From: an uncultured Acidobacteriota bacterium
GTDB lineage: Bacteria; Acidobacteriota; Thermoanaerobaculia; Multivoradales; UBA5704
Assembly: GCA_963770895.1 (NCBI GenBank)
Contig: CAVYRF010000002.1
Location: 2,048,001 to 2,112,000 of the forward strand
Direction of reading: 5' to 3'
Length of the DNA: 64,000 bases
Every line of letters starts with the position of its first letter. Position 1 is the stretch's first letter. Below, piece after piece: positions 13,055 to 27,946 of this stretch. The notes beneath the pieces were generated by a model, which saw nothing but the letters and a program-made list of their open reading frames with translations, searched no databases and had not been told where the DNA came from. The translations under genes and the position numbers were made by a program.

Positions 13055-14686
13055 TTGAACATCGACAACAAAAAGATCCTGGTGCTGGGTGGGTACGGCC
13101 TGGTCGGCACCGCTGTCTGCCGGGAGCTGCTGGCCCGCCGGCCGCGCGAACTGCAGATCCACAGCCTGCGTCTCGAGGAATCGGAGCGGGCGCGGGCGGA
13201 GCTGGCCGGCGAGGCGCAGTCGACCGTCCTGTCGGTGTCGGCGGGGGACGTCTTCGGCCAGATCGAACGCGGTACGCAGCGCGACCAGATCCGCGCCCAG
13301 CTGCTGCCGCTCGACGACGCCGACCTGCCGAAGTTCCGCCTCTACCAGCTGCTGGTCGAGTCGCGTCCCGACGCGGTGATCGACTGCGTGAACACCGCCA
13401 CCGGCATCGCCTATCGCGACCTGTTCAGCGCCGCGGGCGACCTGCTGGCGCAGCTCGACGCCGCCGGCAGCCCCGACACCGCGGCGGCGGAGGGCCTGCT
13501 GGAGGCGCTCTACATGCCGCGTCTCATCCGCCACGTCCAGATCATGTACCGCGGTCTGACCGACGCCGGCGTCCGCGTCTACGTCAAGGTCGGCACCAGC
13601 GGCACCGGCGGCATGGGGCTGAACGTTCCCTACACCCATTCCGAAGAGCGTCCCAGCCGCATGCTGCTGGCCAAGAGCGCCATCGCCGGCGCCCAGTCGA
13701 TGCTGCTCTTCCTGATGGGCCGCACCCCCGGCGCGCCGATCACCAAGGAGATCAAGCCGGCCGCCGCCATCGCCTGGAAGCGCATCGGCTACGGGCCGAT
13801 CCACCGCCGCGGCGCACCCCTGCAGCTGGTCGAGGCGCTTCCCTTGCCGATGCCGGCACGCTTTTCGAGCCGCGACCCGCAGGCCGCGCGCGTCCGCCCC
13901 GAAACCTACGACAACGTGTTCATGGACACCGGCGAAAACGGCGTCTTCAGCCTCGAAGAGTTCGTCACCGTCACCGCCGCCGAGCAGATGGAGTTCGTCA
14001 CCCCCGAGGAGATCGCCAGCTACCTGGTGTTCGAGATCGAGGGCGGCAACACCGGCCACGACATCGTCGGCGCCCTGGACGGCGCCGTGCTGGGGCCGAC
14101 CTACCGCGCGGGCCTGCTGCGCCACGGCGCCATCGAGCAGATGCGGGAGCTGGAGCGCCGTTACGGCGTCCACAGCGTCGCCTTCGAGATGCTGGGGCCG
14201 CCGCGCAATTCGAAGCTGCTCTTCGAGGCGCACCTGCTGCGCCTGGCCTTCAGCACCATGCAGGAGGTGCGTCAGGCCACCCCGGAGGCGGTGCGCGACG
14301 CGCTCGATCACCTGGTGCGCGCCACCCCCGAGGTCGCCAACCGCGTGGTGTCGATCGGCCTGCCGATCCTGCTCGATTCGGGCGAGGTGGTGCGCGGCGT
14401 CGAGGTGCTGATCCCCGCCGGCGCCGACGACGAGCCGGTCACGCCGGAGAAGCTGGAGCAGTGGGTGCGCGACGGATGGGTGGACCTGCGCCTGGCCAAC
14501 TGCGCACGCTGGATCGCGCGCTTTCAGGCCATCCACGCCGAAGTCGAGGCGGTGCCGGTGGAGGACACCTCCAGCCGGCGGGTGCGCGACCGCCGCTTCT
14601 GGCGCGAGGACACCGGCATCCTCCCCGGCCAGGTGCTCAGCTGGCTGCTCACCAGCGAAGAGCAGGGTAGCCGGATGAAGCGCTAG
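13055..14686 (+). CDS. Uncharacterised Rossmann-fold (SDR-like) protein
   Basis: ILVLGGYGLVG nucleotide-binding motif at the N-terminus; GAGGAG RBS before TTG at 13055; VKVGTSGTGGMG motif. Confidence 0.7.
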   Translation: MNIDNKKILVLGGYGLVGTAVCRELLARRPRELQIHSLRLEESERARAELAGEAQSTVLSVSAGDVFGQIERGTQRDQIRAQLLPLDDADLPKFRLYQLLVESRPDAVIDCVNTATGIAYRDLFSAAGDLLAQLDAAGSPDTAAAEGLLEALYMPRLIRHVQIMYRGLTDAGVRVYVKVGTSGTGGMGLNVPYTHSEERPSRMLLAKSAIAGAQSMLLFLMGRTPGAPITKEIKPAAAIAWKRIGYGPIHRRGAPLQLVEALPLPMPARFSSRDPQAARVRPETYDNVFMDTGENGVFSLEEFVTVTAAEQMEFVTPEEIASYLVFEIEGGNTGHDIVGALDGAVLGPTYRAGLLRHGAIEQMRELERRYGVHSVAFEMLGPPRNSKLLFEAHLLRLAFSTMQEVRQATPEAVRDALDHLVRATPEVANRVVSIGLPILLDSGEVVRGVEVLIPAGADDEPVTPEKLEQWVRDGWVDLRLANCARWIARFQAIHAEVEAVPVEDTSSRRVRDRRFWREDTGILPGQVLSWLLTSEEQGSRMKR

Positions 14687-14773
14687 CCGGCCGCCGCCGC
14701 TGCCATACGTGCCGGCGCCCCTGCACGGCCGGTAGCCGCACAGGGGCGCCGGAGCCCGCCGCCGCGCCGCCGA

Positions 14774-17700
14774 TCAGTCGCTCTGCCGCGGGATGGGCGG
14801 CACCTGCACCGCGACCGGCGGATGCTTTTGCAGCTGGTCGAGCAGGTAGGCCACCGCCCGTTCGAGGCTCGGGTCGTGCCCCTTGGAGATCTCGTCTGGA
14901 CGATCGACGACTTCGATGTCGGGCAGCACGCCGACGTTTTCGATCCCCCAGTGGCCCTCGGTGTCGAGGAAGCGGAACTGCGGCGTCGACAGGTTGCCGC
15001 CGTCGACCAGGCTGGGGTTGCCCGTCAGGCCGATGAGGCCGCCCCAGGTCTTGGTGCCGATCAGCGGACCCAGCCCGAGCTTGCGGAAGTAATAGGGGAA
15101 GGCGTCGCCGCCCGAGCCGGCGGTGCCGTTGATGAGGCACGCCTTGGGGCCGGTGTTGACGAAGCCCGGCGTGGTGACGGGCGCGATGCCGCGCCGCACC
15201 CAGTAGTTGAGCAGCGGCCGGCTGAGCAGCGCCACCATGTGCTCGGGGATGAAGCCGCCGCCGTTGTAGCGGTCGTCGACGATCAGCGCCTGCTTGCTGG
15301 CCTGCGGGTAGAAGTACTTGAACAGCTCGCGGTTGCCGGCGATCGCGGTGTCGGGCATGTGGATGTAGCCGATCCGCCCGCCCGAGGCCTTGTCGACCCA
15401 CTCCCGGTTGGCCTTGACCCAGGCGATGTAGCGCAGCATCTGCTCGCTTTTGACCGGCCGCACCTTTTCGTCGTGCGCGCCGGCGCCGCCGGGGTCGGGA
15501 CCGACGCGCAGCGACACCACGCGGTCCGCCTTGTTCAGCAGCAGGCGATAGAAGTTGTCGACACCCCGCGTCGGCTGGCCGTCGACCGCCAGGATGTAGT
15601 CGCCCTGGCTGACGTGCACGCCCGGCTCGGTCAAGGGCGACCGCGTGTTGTCGTGCCAGTTCTCGCCGGGGAAGATCCTGGTGATGCGGAAGACGCCGGA
15701 ATCCGCCTCGATCTCGGCGCCGAGCAGGCCGCTCTCCACCCGCGGCACCGCGGTTTGGTCGCCGCTGGTGACGTACACGTGCCCGGCCGAGATCTCCGCG
15801 CCCAGCTCTTCGAGCAGGAAGTCCAGGTCGCTGCGGCAGGCGACGTACGGCAGCAGGGCGCCGTAGCGGTCGCGCATCGCCGGCCAGTCGAGCCCGTGCA
15901 TGGCCGGGTCGTAGAACCAGTCGCGCATGATGCGCCAGGCGTCGGTGTACATCTGCCGCCATTCCTCGCGCGGATGCACTTCGACCTGCAGGCGGTCCAG
16001 CTTGAGGCGGCCGTCGGCGGCCTTCTGGCCGGGCTTGGCGTCGACGATGGCCCAGCTGTCGCCGTGCTTGACCAGCAGCTTCTTGCCGTCGGCGGAGAGC
16101 TTGTAGTCGGCGACGCCCTCCATCACCTGGCTCTCTTTTTGATCCTTGAGGTCGTACATCTTGAGCTGCGCCGCGGGCGGCGTGCCCGCCAGGTAGAAGA
16201 CCGCCTGGGCGCTGGCCTGCAGGTTGGAGTAGATGCCGGCCGCGGCGGGCAGCGTCCGCACCCGGTCCTCGAAGCCGGCGACGTCGATCCGCACCTGCGC
16301 CGGGGTGTGGGGGGCGGAGGGCGCAGCAGCCGCGGCACCTTCGGCCGGCTTGGCGGCGGGCGTGCTGTCGCCCGTCGCGGGCTCGTCGTCGCTGCTCGGC
16401 ACGAACAGCGCCGGGCCGTCCTTGGCCAGCAGGGCGACGTAGATGCGCGTGGGGTCGGTGTACAGGTAGGAGGTTTCGTAGCCGCTGAAGGTGAGGTTGT
16501 AGTCGCGGTTGGACAGGAAATAGAGGTAGCGGCCGTCCGGGTCGAACACCGGCTCCGCTTCGCCGGCCAGGTCGCCGGACAGTTGGGCTACCTTGCCGCT
16601 GTCGAGCGAATACAGCCAGATCGTTGAAAGGTTGGCGCCGGACAGCTTGGAGAACACGATGTACCGGCCGTCGGGCGACCACGAGTAGTTGGTGATCTCG
16701 CTGTAGCCGGCATGGTCGACGTCGGTCACCTTGCCGGTCGCGACGTCGATCCAGCGCAGCCGCTGTCTGCGGTCGGCAAAGGCGAGCTTGCGGCTGTCGC
16801 GCGACCACACCGGCGGGAAGCGCCAGATGTCGCCGCCGGTCGACACCTGCCGCTCGGGCGCCGCGCCGGTGGCGTCGCGCACGTAGAATTCGTATTCGCC
16901 GCTCTTGTCGCTCAGGTAGGCGACCGACTTGCCGTCCGGCGACCAGACGGCGTTCATGGCGCGCACGCCGGGCGCGCCGGCCAGCTCGACGATTTCGCCC
17001 TTTTCGGCCGGCACGGTCAGGACGTGGCCGCGCGCGGTGAAGAGCGCCCGCTTGCCGGTCGGCGAGATGCCGTTGGCTTCGATCTCGGTGCTGACGTTCT
17101 TGACGTAGGGGATCGTCTCCGGCAGGTCGCTGCCGACGCGGATCGGCACCCGCGCGCTCTTGCCGCTGGCGTCGTCGAACAGGTACAGGTAGCCGCCGTT
17201 TTCGTACACGATCTTGCCGCTGCCGGCGCTCGGCCACAGCACGTCATAGGTGTCGTGGTTGGTCAGCTTGCGGACCTGCTTCGAGCCCAGGTCGTAGACG
17301 TACAGGTTGAGGGTGTGCTCGCGGTCGGAGGTGAAATAGATCTTGTCGCCGACCCACATCGGCTGGTTGTCGGTCGATGGGTCCTTGATGATGCGCTCCG
17401 CGGTGTTCGCCCGGAGGTCGTAGATCCAGATGTCCTGGATGCGCCCGCCGCGGTGGCGCTTCCAGCCGCGGAACTCCGATTGCAGCGGCGTATAGACGAA
17501 CTTCGTGCCGTCGGGCGAAAAGGTGCCGTTGCCGGTTTCGGGGATGGGCAGCGCCCGCTCCATGCCGCCGGTGGCCGCCACCAGGAAGGGGCGGCCGTTG
17601 CGGTCGCTCCAGGCGACGCGGTTGGAGCGGAAGACGACGTCCTTGCCGTCCGGGGTCCAGCCCAGGACCTGGTTGTCGAAGCCGCCGCGCAGCGGCAGCG

Positions 17701-18067
17701 TGCCGATGTCGTTATGGAACGTCAGCTGGCGCGGCGTGCCGCCGTCGACGCTGATGACGTAGACCTGGCGGTTGCCGCCGTATTCGCCGGTGAAGGCGAT
17801 GGACCGGCCGTCGGGCGAAAACTTGGGAAAGAGCTCGAGCCCCGGCCCCGAGGTCAGGCGCCGCGCGTCGCCGCCGCCGGCGTCGACCAGCCAGATGTCG
17901 CCGGCGTAGACGAAGGCGATCCGGTTGCCGTGAATGTCGGGAAAGCGCAGCAGGCGCGCCTCGCCGGGCGGCGCCGGCTGCTGCGCGTGGGCGGCGAGCG
18001 GCGGCAGCAGCAGGAGGAGGGCGACGAGGGCAGCCAGGGCTCTGACGGCTCTGACGGTGTGGGGCAA
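14774..18067 (-). CDS. Tricorn-like S41 protease with PD40 propellers and PDZ domain
   Basis: Signal peptide, LLRFPDIHG, PKFSPDG repeats, IGYIHMPD, DDRYNGGG, catalytic AGSGGD, TWGGLIG. AAGGAG RBS before TTG at 18067. Confidence 0.93.
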   Translation of the reverse strand: MPHTVRAVRALAALVALLLLLPPLAAHAQQPAPPGEARLLRFPDIHGNRIAFVYAGDIWLVDAGGGDARRLTSGPGLELFPKFSPDGRSIAFTGEYGGNRQVYVISVDGGTPRQLTFHNDIGTLPLRGGFDNQVLGWTPDGKDVVFRSNRVAWSDRNGRPFLVAATGGMERALPIPETGNGTFSPDGTKFVYTPLQSEFRGWKRHRGGRIQDIWIYDLRANTAERIIKDPSTDNQPMWVGDKIYFTSDREHTLNLYVYDLGSKQVRKLTNHDTYDVLWPSAGSGKIVYENGGYLYLFDDASGKSARVPIRVGSDLPETIPYVKNVSTEIEANGISPTGKRALFTARGHVLTVPAEKGEIVELAGAPGVRAMNAVWSPDGKSVAYLSDKSGEYEFYVRDATGAAPERQVSTGGDIWRFPPVWSRDSRKLAFADRRQRLRWIDVATGKVTDVDHAGYSEITNYSWSPDGRYIVFSKLSGANLSTIWLYSLDSGKVAQLSGDLAGEAEPVFDPDGRYLYFLSNRDYNLTFSGYETSYLYTDPTRIYVALLAKDGPALFVPSSDDEPATGDSTPAAKPAEGAAAAAPSAPHTPAQVRIDVAGFEDRVRTLPAAAGIYSNLQASAQAVFYLAGTPPAAQLKMYDLKDQKESQVMEGVADYKLSADGKKLLVKHGDSWAIVDAKPGQKAADGRLKLDRLQVEVHPREEWRQMYTDAWRIMRDWFYDPAMHGLDWPAMRDRYGALLPYVACRSDLDFLLEELGAEISAGHVYVTSGDQTAVPRVESGLLGAEIEADSGVFRITRIFPGENWHDNTRSPLTEPGVHVSQGDYILAVDGQPTRGVDNFYRLLLNKADRVVSLRVGPDPGGAGAHDEKVRPVKSEQMLRYIAWVKANREWVDKASGGRIGYIHMPDTAIAGNRELFKYFYPQASKQALIVDDRYNGGGFIPEHMVALLSRPLLNYWVRRGIAPVTTPGFVNTGPKACLINGTAGSGGDAFPYYFRKLGLGPLIGTKTWGGLIGLTGNPSLVDGGNLSTPQFRFLDTEGHWGIENVGVLPDIEVVDRPDEISKGHDPSLERAVAYLLDQLQKHPPVAVQVPPIPRQSD

Positions 18068-18171
18068 GGTGAGGCTCCTTTCTGGGTCGGTTGCGGCGGC
18101 GCAGGCCACTTGGTACGTGCGCTGGGGTCTGATGTTTGGCACTGGCGGACGAGGGCGGGAGAGCGGCCGGT

Positions 18172-19362
18172 TCAGCGGGCGCCTGACACCGGGCTGAGCG
18201 GCTGGGCAAGGTGGATGCCCTGGGCGGCGAACGACCGCAGCAGCGCCAGCAGCAGCGCCTGCTGGGCGTCCATGTAGACCTTGTAGTCGGGGTCGCTGAT
18301 GGAATAGACCGCTTCGAAGTCGAACGTGCCCTGGCCGAGGGCCTTCAGGTGGGCGCGGTCGAAGCGCAGCGCCGCCTGTGCCGCGATGGCGTCGCGCACC
18401 AGCGCCGGCACCTTTTCCAGCTGGTCGGGGGTGGTCCCGCCGTCGAGCCCGAAGGCCAGCACCAGCTGCCTGCCCTGCTGGCGCGCCAGGTTGCGGATGC
18501 GGCTCTTGAGCAGGTCGCCGTTGGCGAAGATCAGCTGCTCGCCGGTCGGGCTGCGCAGGCGGGTGGTCTTCAGGCCGACGTCTTCGACCTTGCCGACCAG
18601 CGCGTCGACCTGGATGGTGTCGCCCAGCACGAACGGCTTGTCGATGGCGATCGACAGCGAGGCCAGGATGTCGCCCAGGATGTTTTGCAGCGCCAGCGCG
18701 ACGGCGATGCCGCCCACCCCCAGGCCGGTCACCAGGGCCGACACGTTGACCCCCATGTTTTCCAGCGCGATGACGCCGACCAGCACCCACAGCAGGAGGC
18801 GGAGAAAGAAGCTGATCGAGCCCAGCAGCGTCGCCCCCGCGGCGTCCACCTGCAGCCGGCGGCGGCGTTCGCGCAGCACCCAGACGTCGATCGCCGCCGT
18901 CGTCCACAGCGCCGCCTGCAGCAGCGAGGCGAGGATGGCGAGCGAGCGCAGCACGCCGCGGGCGCCGGGCGACAGTTCCAGGACGAGCGTCCCCAGGTAG
19001 ACCGCCGGGACCATCAGCAGGCCCCAGCGCGTCTGCCGCAGCAGTGACAGCGACAGCTCGTGGATCTGCTCGTTGCGCGACCCGATCTCGATCATGCGGC
19101 GCAGCCGGCGCCGCAGCACCCACGCCGTCGCCGCGGCCAGCAGCAGCAGCAGCACGGTGACCCCGAGCGCTTCCAGCCAATCGCCGGTGCGGTTGCCCAG
19201 CCAGTGCGCCGACAGCGCACGCTCCCAGCTGCCGGCGCCGGACAGGTGCGGGTGCGGCACGCCGCCCGGCGGCGGCGTCGCCTTTGCCGCGTAAGCGGCG
19301 GACACCGCGGCCGTGGCTGGGAGCGCCGGGGCTGGGGTTGGGGTCGGGGTTGGCAGATGCAT
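18172..19362 (-). CDS. MscS-family mechanosensitive channel
   Basis: TM helices, [41 protein letters not shown]. Start uncertain. Confidence 0.9.
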   Translation of the reverse strand: MHLPTPTPTPAPALPATAAVSAAYAAKATPPPGGVPHPHLSGAGSWERALSAHWLGNRTGDWLEALGVTVLLLLLAAATAWVLRRRLRRMIEIGSRNEQIHELSLSLLRQTRWGLLMVPAVYLGTLVLELSPGARGVLRSLAILASLLQAALWTTAAIDVWVLRERRRRLQVDAAGATLLGSISFFLRLLLWVLVGVIALENMGVNVSALVTGLGVGGIAVALALQNILGDILASLSIAIDKPFVLGDTIQVDALVGKVEDVGLKTTRLRSPTGEQLIFANGDLLKSRIRNLARQQGRQLVLAFGLDGGTTPDQLEKVPALVRDAIAAQAALRFDRAHLKALGQGTFDFEAVYSISDPDYKVYMDAQQALLLALLRSFAAQGIHLAQPLSPVSGAR

Positions 19363-19489
19363 CCGGGGGTTGCAGGCTGGGCGCAAGAATGCTATCACTG
19401 CACCGTTTGTCCAGATCGCAGGCGCCGTGCGCAATTTGTCGCCTGTCGACCACCGCCGATCAACGTTCCGACCGCCAGCAAAGAGCCCA

Positions 19490-20905
<1,416 letters not shown>

Positions 20906-20979
20906 CTTCCCCCCACCCTGGAGGCGGCGCTGGCGTCCGCCGGGCTGCCGGCGCGGTGCCCGCCGAGCTGCCGGCGCCG

Positions 20980-22071
20980 CTACCGGGCGCCCAGGCGCAC
21001 CGGCTGGCGGCGGGCGCCCCAGCGGCCGGGCGGGCCGGAAAAGCGGCCGGCGCAGGCGGTGCCGCAGCGGTCGCAGGCGCCGGCGGCGGTCAGGTGCCAG
21101 TCGGTCAACTCAAACCAGTCGCGCCCGACCAGCCGCTGGCCGCAGCCGTGGCACCAGGTGCTGCCGCCTTCCGCGTCGTGGACGTTGCCGGTATAGGCGT
21201 AGCGCAGGCCGTTGGCGAGCGCGATGCGGCGGGCGCGCGTCAGGGTCGCGGGCGGCGTCGGCGGCGTCGTCAGCATCTTGTAGTCGGGGTGGAAGGCGGT
21301 GAAGTGGATCGGCACGTCAGGCCCCAGCTGATCCGCCACCCAGCGGGTCATGGCGTCCAGCTCCGCATCCGAGTCGTTCTCGCCGGGGATGAGCAGGGTG
21401 GTGATCTCGAACCAGACCGCGGTTTCGCGCTTGAGGTAGCGCAGGGTGTCGAGCACCGGCGCCAGCTCGCCGCCGCAGATCTTGCGGTAGAAGCTGTCGG
21501 TGAATCCCTTGAGATCCACGTTGGCGGCGTCCAGGTGGGCGAACAGGTCGCGGCGCGGCTCATCGCAGATCTCGCCGGCGGTCACGGCGACCGTCTGGAT
21601 GCCCGCCGCGCGGCAGGCGTCCGCCACGTCCACCGCATACTCCAGAAAGATCACCGGATCGTTGTAGGTGAAGGCGACGCTGGCGCACCCCAGGCGCGCG
21701 GCGGCGGCGGCGATCTGCTCCGGCGAGGCCCCGTCGGCCAGCGTATCGACCTGGCGCGACTTGCTGATGTCCCAGTTCTGGCAGAACTTGCAGGCCAGGT
21801 TGCAGCCGGCCGTGCCGAACGACAGCACCGGCGTGCCGGGCAGGAAATGGTTGAGCGGCTTCTTTTCGATCGGGTCCACACAGAAGCCGCTGGAGCGCCC
21901 ATACGTCTTGAGCACGATCTGATCGCCTTCGCGCGCCCGCACGAAGCACAGCCCACGCTGCCCCTCCAGCAGCTTGCACGCCCGCGGACACAGGTCGCAC
22001 TGCACCCGGCCGTTGTCCAGCCGGTGCCAGTACCGTGTCGGCACGGTGTCGCTGAGCTCGACGGTGCCCAT
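20980..22071 (-). CDS. amrS: AmmeMemoRadiSam system radical SAM enzyme
   Basis: CDLCPRAC...GLCFVR N-terminus, DPIEKKPLNHF, CNLACKFCQNWDIS, FTYNDP, AFHPDY, C-terminal CxxC...CxxC. Confidence 0.9.
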   Translation of the reverse strand: MGTVELSDTVPTRYWHRLDNGRVQCDLCPRACKLLEGQRGLCFVRAREGDQIVLKTYGRSSGFCVDPIEKKPLNHFLPGTPVLSFGTAGCNLACKFCQNWDISKSRQVDTLADGASPEQIAAAAARLGCASVAFTYNDPVIFLEYAVDVADACRAAGIQTVAVTAGEICDEPRRDLFAHLDAANVDLKGFTDSFYRKICGGELAPVLDTLRYLKRETAVWFEITTLLIPGENDSDAELDAMTRWVADQLGPDVPIHFTAFHPDYKMLTTPPTPPATLTRARRIALANGLRYAYTGNVHDAEGGSTWCHGCGQRLVGRDWFELTDWHLTAAGACDRCGTACAGRFSGPPGRWGARRQPVRLGAR

Positions 22072-22130
22072 CCCTCTGTCCGACAGCGCTGAGGGCGGCT
22101 TTATTCCACAAAAGCTGGGATACTTCGGAC

Positions 22131-23324
22131 ATGGGCGCGACAGGGCGGTGGTCGGGGAGGTTTGGCCGTTGCGGTCGCCGTGGCTGGCTGGCGTCGGCGG
22201 TGCTGTCGGCGGCCTTGCTGGCGTCGCTCCTGCCGCGGCCGTCGGCGGCGCACGAGCTGGGAATGTTTCAGGTCTTCGGCACCTTCCAGCGCGACGGCAC
22301 CTTCCGTTTCGACGTCAAGGTGGACCAGGAGCACCTGCCCGGCGACCGCCAGGGCGGCCCGGCGCGCGCCACCCGCTACGGCCCCATCCAGGGGATGGGC
22401 GGCGCCGCCGAAAAGCAGTTCGGCCGCTTCCTCTGCGACTTGGCCGACGCGCTCACCCTGCGCTTCGACGGCCGCCCGTTCGCGCCGGTCCTGGCCCTGG
22501 ACCCGCAGGCCGCGGCCGACGCCGCCCTTACCGGGCGCGTGGTGATGCGGGTCGAAGGCTGGACCCCCCCCGGCGCCCATACCTTCACCCTGACCAGCGG
22601 CCTGCCCGGCAAGCCCTATCCGCTGGTGCTCAACAACGAAGGCGACGAGCTTTCGGTGTGGAAGTGGATCGACAGCGGCGCCACCAGCCAGCCCTTCCGC
22701 CTGGCCCCCGCCGTCGTGCCGCCCGCGTCCGCCGCCGTCGCCCGCATCTTCGCCCTGCGCGGCGCCGCCGGCGTCCTGCCGCACGGCCCCGCCGCCCTCC
22801 TGCTGGTCGCCGCCCTCTTCCTGCTCGCCAGCCGCCCGCTTGTCGCCGCCGCCCAGCTCGCCGGCCTGACCCTCGCCCAGCTCGCCGGCCTGGCCCTGGC
22901 CGTCTCCGGCGGCCTCACCCCCTCGCCCGCCTGGACCGCCCCCCTCCTGGCCCTCGCCGTCACCTGCCTGGCGCTTGCCGCCCTGGTGCCAGGGTCGGAG
23001 CGGCGCCCTATTGCGGCGTGGCTGCCCCTCCTGATCCTGCCGGTGGGCCTGCTCTACGGCCTGGCCGCGGCGCCGGTCTTTCCCCGCGCCGCCGCTCCGG
23101 CCGCGTCGATGCTCGCCGGCCACGCGCCGCCCTGGCTCGCTCCCGCCGTCGCCGCCTTTGCCCTGGGCACCCTGGCCGCCGAGCTGGCCGTCACCGCCGC
23201 CGCCTTCGCCCTGATCGGCCTGCCCCTGGGCCGCCACTCCTGGTATCGCTCCCGCGTCGTGGTCCCCGCCGCCGCCCTGATCGCCGTCATCGGCCTCTAC
23301 TGGTCCCTGGCCGGCCTGCTGTAG
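22131..23324 (+). CDS. Membrane protein, HupE/UreJ-like (degenerate)
   Basis: Signal ending AAH-E, soluble domain, then about 6 TMs ending VVPAAALIAVIGLYW. The His residues usual in HupE/UreJ are mostly absent. Confidence 0.55.
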   Translation: MGATGRWSGRFGRCGRRGWLASAVLSAALLASLLPRPSAAHELGMFQVFGTFQRDGTFRFDVKVDQEHLPGDRQGGPARATRYGPIQGMGGAAEKQFGRFLCDLADALTLRFDGRPFAPVLALDPQAAADAALTGRVVMRVEGWTPPGAHTFTLTSGLPGKPYPLVLNNEGDELSVWKWIDSGATSQPFRLAPAVVPPASAAVARIFALRGAAGVLPHGPAALLLVAALFLLASRPLVAAAQLAGLTLAQLAGLALAVSGGLTPSPAWTAPLLALAVTCLALAALVPGSERRPIAAWLPLLILPVGLLYGLAAAPVFPRAAAPAASMLAGHAPPWLAPAVAAFALGTLAAELAVTAAAFALIGLPLGRHSWYRSRVVVPAAALIAVIGLYWSLAGLL

Positions 23325-23340
23325 CCGGCTGTGTAGCCGG

Positions 23341-23393
23341 TTGACTTCCTGGGGGGCACTGGTATCATGCGGAATTAGTACTCTCTGAGTACT
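23341..23393 (+). promoter_or_regulatory. suf operon promoter with candidate Rrf2 operator
   Basis: TTGACT (23341-46), 16 nt, TGn-extended TATCAT (23363-68), then perfect inverted repeat AGTACTC-TCT-GAGTACT (23377-93). Confidence 0.7.
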
Positions 23394-23441
23394 GTTTTGT
23401 CTGGTGAAGGGCGTGTGGCACGAGGGAAGGCGGCGGCAAGC

Positions 23442-23954
23442 ATGATTCGAATCACCAAGCAGACCGACTATGGGATCGTCCTGCTGACCCAGATGGCGGG
23501 GGGTGGGGAGCGCCGTTACAATGCGCCGGATTTGGCGGCGGAGGCGCGGCTGCCGCTGCCGATGGTGAGCAAGATCCTGAAGCTGTTGACGCGCGAAGGG
23601 GTGCTGACGTCGCATCGCGGGGTGAAGGGGGGGTACAGCCTGGCGCGGCACCCGGCGTCGATCTCGATGGCGGGGATCGTGGCCGCCCTGGAAGGCCCGA
23701 TCGCGATCACGGAGTGCATCGACGAAGAGGGCGATTGCGCGCACGAAGCGCTCTGTCCGGTGCGCAGCAACTGGCACCGGATCAACGAAGCGGTGCTGGT
23801 CGCTCTGCAAGGCATCACGCTGGCGGAGATGGCCGTGCCGATGGCGCCCCTGGTGTCGCTGGCCGCCCGGTCGTCCAAGCTGGTGACCCTGGGGCGCGGC
23901 GGGGCGGCCACGGCGGCGGCAGTGAATGCCGGGCCCCAGTCGCACCAGGCATAG
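23442..23954 (+). CDS. Rrf2-family SUF system Fe-S assembly regulator
   Basis: MIRITKQTDYG, SHRGVKGGYSLAR, three Cys (TEC...C...CP); leads the suf operon. Confidence 0.9.
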   Translation: MIRITKQTDYGIVLLTQMAGGGERRYNAPDLAAEARLPLPMVSKILKLLTREGVLTSHRGVKGGYSLARHPASISMAGIVAALEGPIAITECIDEEGDCAHEALCPVRSNWHRINEAVLVALQGITLAEMAVPMAPLVSLAARSSKLVTLGRGGAATAAAVNAGPQSHQA

Positions 23955-24038
23955 GCCCTCCCTGGCAACAACCGAACCGAGCCGACGACGGCACGCGGCA
24001 CTCCGCGGCCGAGCACGACAGGAAGGATCGAAACGCCA

Positions 24039-25484
<1,446 letters not shown>

Positions 25485-25545
25485 CGCCGGCCGCGTCCAG
25501 GGCACAAACAGCCGGGAACTGACAGCAAGGAGTGGAACGCGAGCG

Positions 25546-26372
25546 ATGATGCTTCAGATCAAGAATTTGCACGCCGCAGTCGAGGGCACGGAGATCCTGC
25601 GCGGCATCGACCTCGACCTGCCGAGCGGTGAGGTGCACGCCATCATGGGGCCGAATGGCTCCGGCAAGAGCACGCTGGCGCGGGTCCTGGCGGGGCAGGA
25701 AAGCTACCAGGTCACCGCCGGGCAGGTGCTGTTTCAGGGCCAGGACCTGCTGGACATGGATCCCGAAGAGCGGGCGCGGGCCGGCGTCTTCATGGCGTTC
25801 CAATATCCGGTTGAGATTCCCGGCGTGAGCAACACCTATTTTCTCAAGGCGGCGCTCAACGCGGTGCGCAAGCATCGCGGCCTGCCCGAGCTCGAAGCGG
25901 TGGAATTCCTCAAGCTGGTGCGGCGGAAGATGAAGCTGGTGCAGATGGACGAATCGCTGCTCAACCGGCCGGTCAACGAAGGTTTTTCGGGCGGTGAAAA
26001 GAAGCGCAACGAAATCTTCCACATGGCGGTGCTCGAGCCGCTCCTGGCGGTGCTGGATGAAACCGACTCCGGCCTCGACATCGATGCGCTGCGCGTCGTT
26101 GCCGAGGGCGTGAACGCCCTGCGCCAGCCCGAGCGCGCATTCCTGCTCATCACCCACTACCAGCGGCTGCTCAACTACATCACTCCCGACCGCGTGCACG
26201 TCCTGGTGGACGGCCGCATCGTCCGCTCGGGCGGCAAGGAGCTGGCGCTGGAGCTGGAAGAGAAAGGCTACGCCTGGCTGGAAGCCGCCGTCGCCGCCGT
26301 TCCGGCGACAGCGGGTGGCTCGCCGGCCGCGTCCGCCCCCGGCGCCGCCGGAGGCGCCGGAAGCGTCGGAGG

Positions 26373-26376
<4 letters not shown>
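25546..26376 (+). CDS. sufC: Fe-S cluster assembly ATPase SufC
   Basis: GPNGSGKST, AFQYPVEIPGV, GFSGGEKKRNE, LDETDSGLDIDA, ITHYQRLL. Confidence 0.97.
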
Positions 26377-27944
<1,568 letters not shown>

Positions 27945-27946
27945 CC

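Noticed and set aside
18068-19453. 460-aa N-terminal extension of the tricorn ORF
   Set aside because: It overlaps mscS in another frame and reads as low-complexity Arg/Gly/Pro. A good RBS and signal peptide start at 18067.
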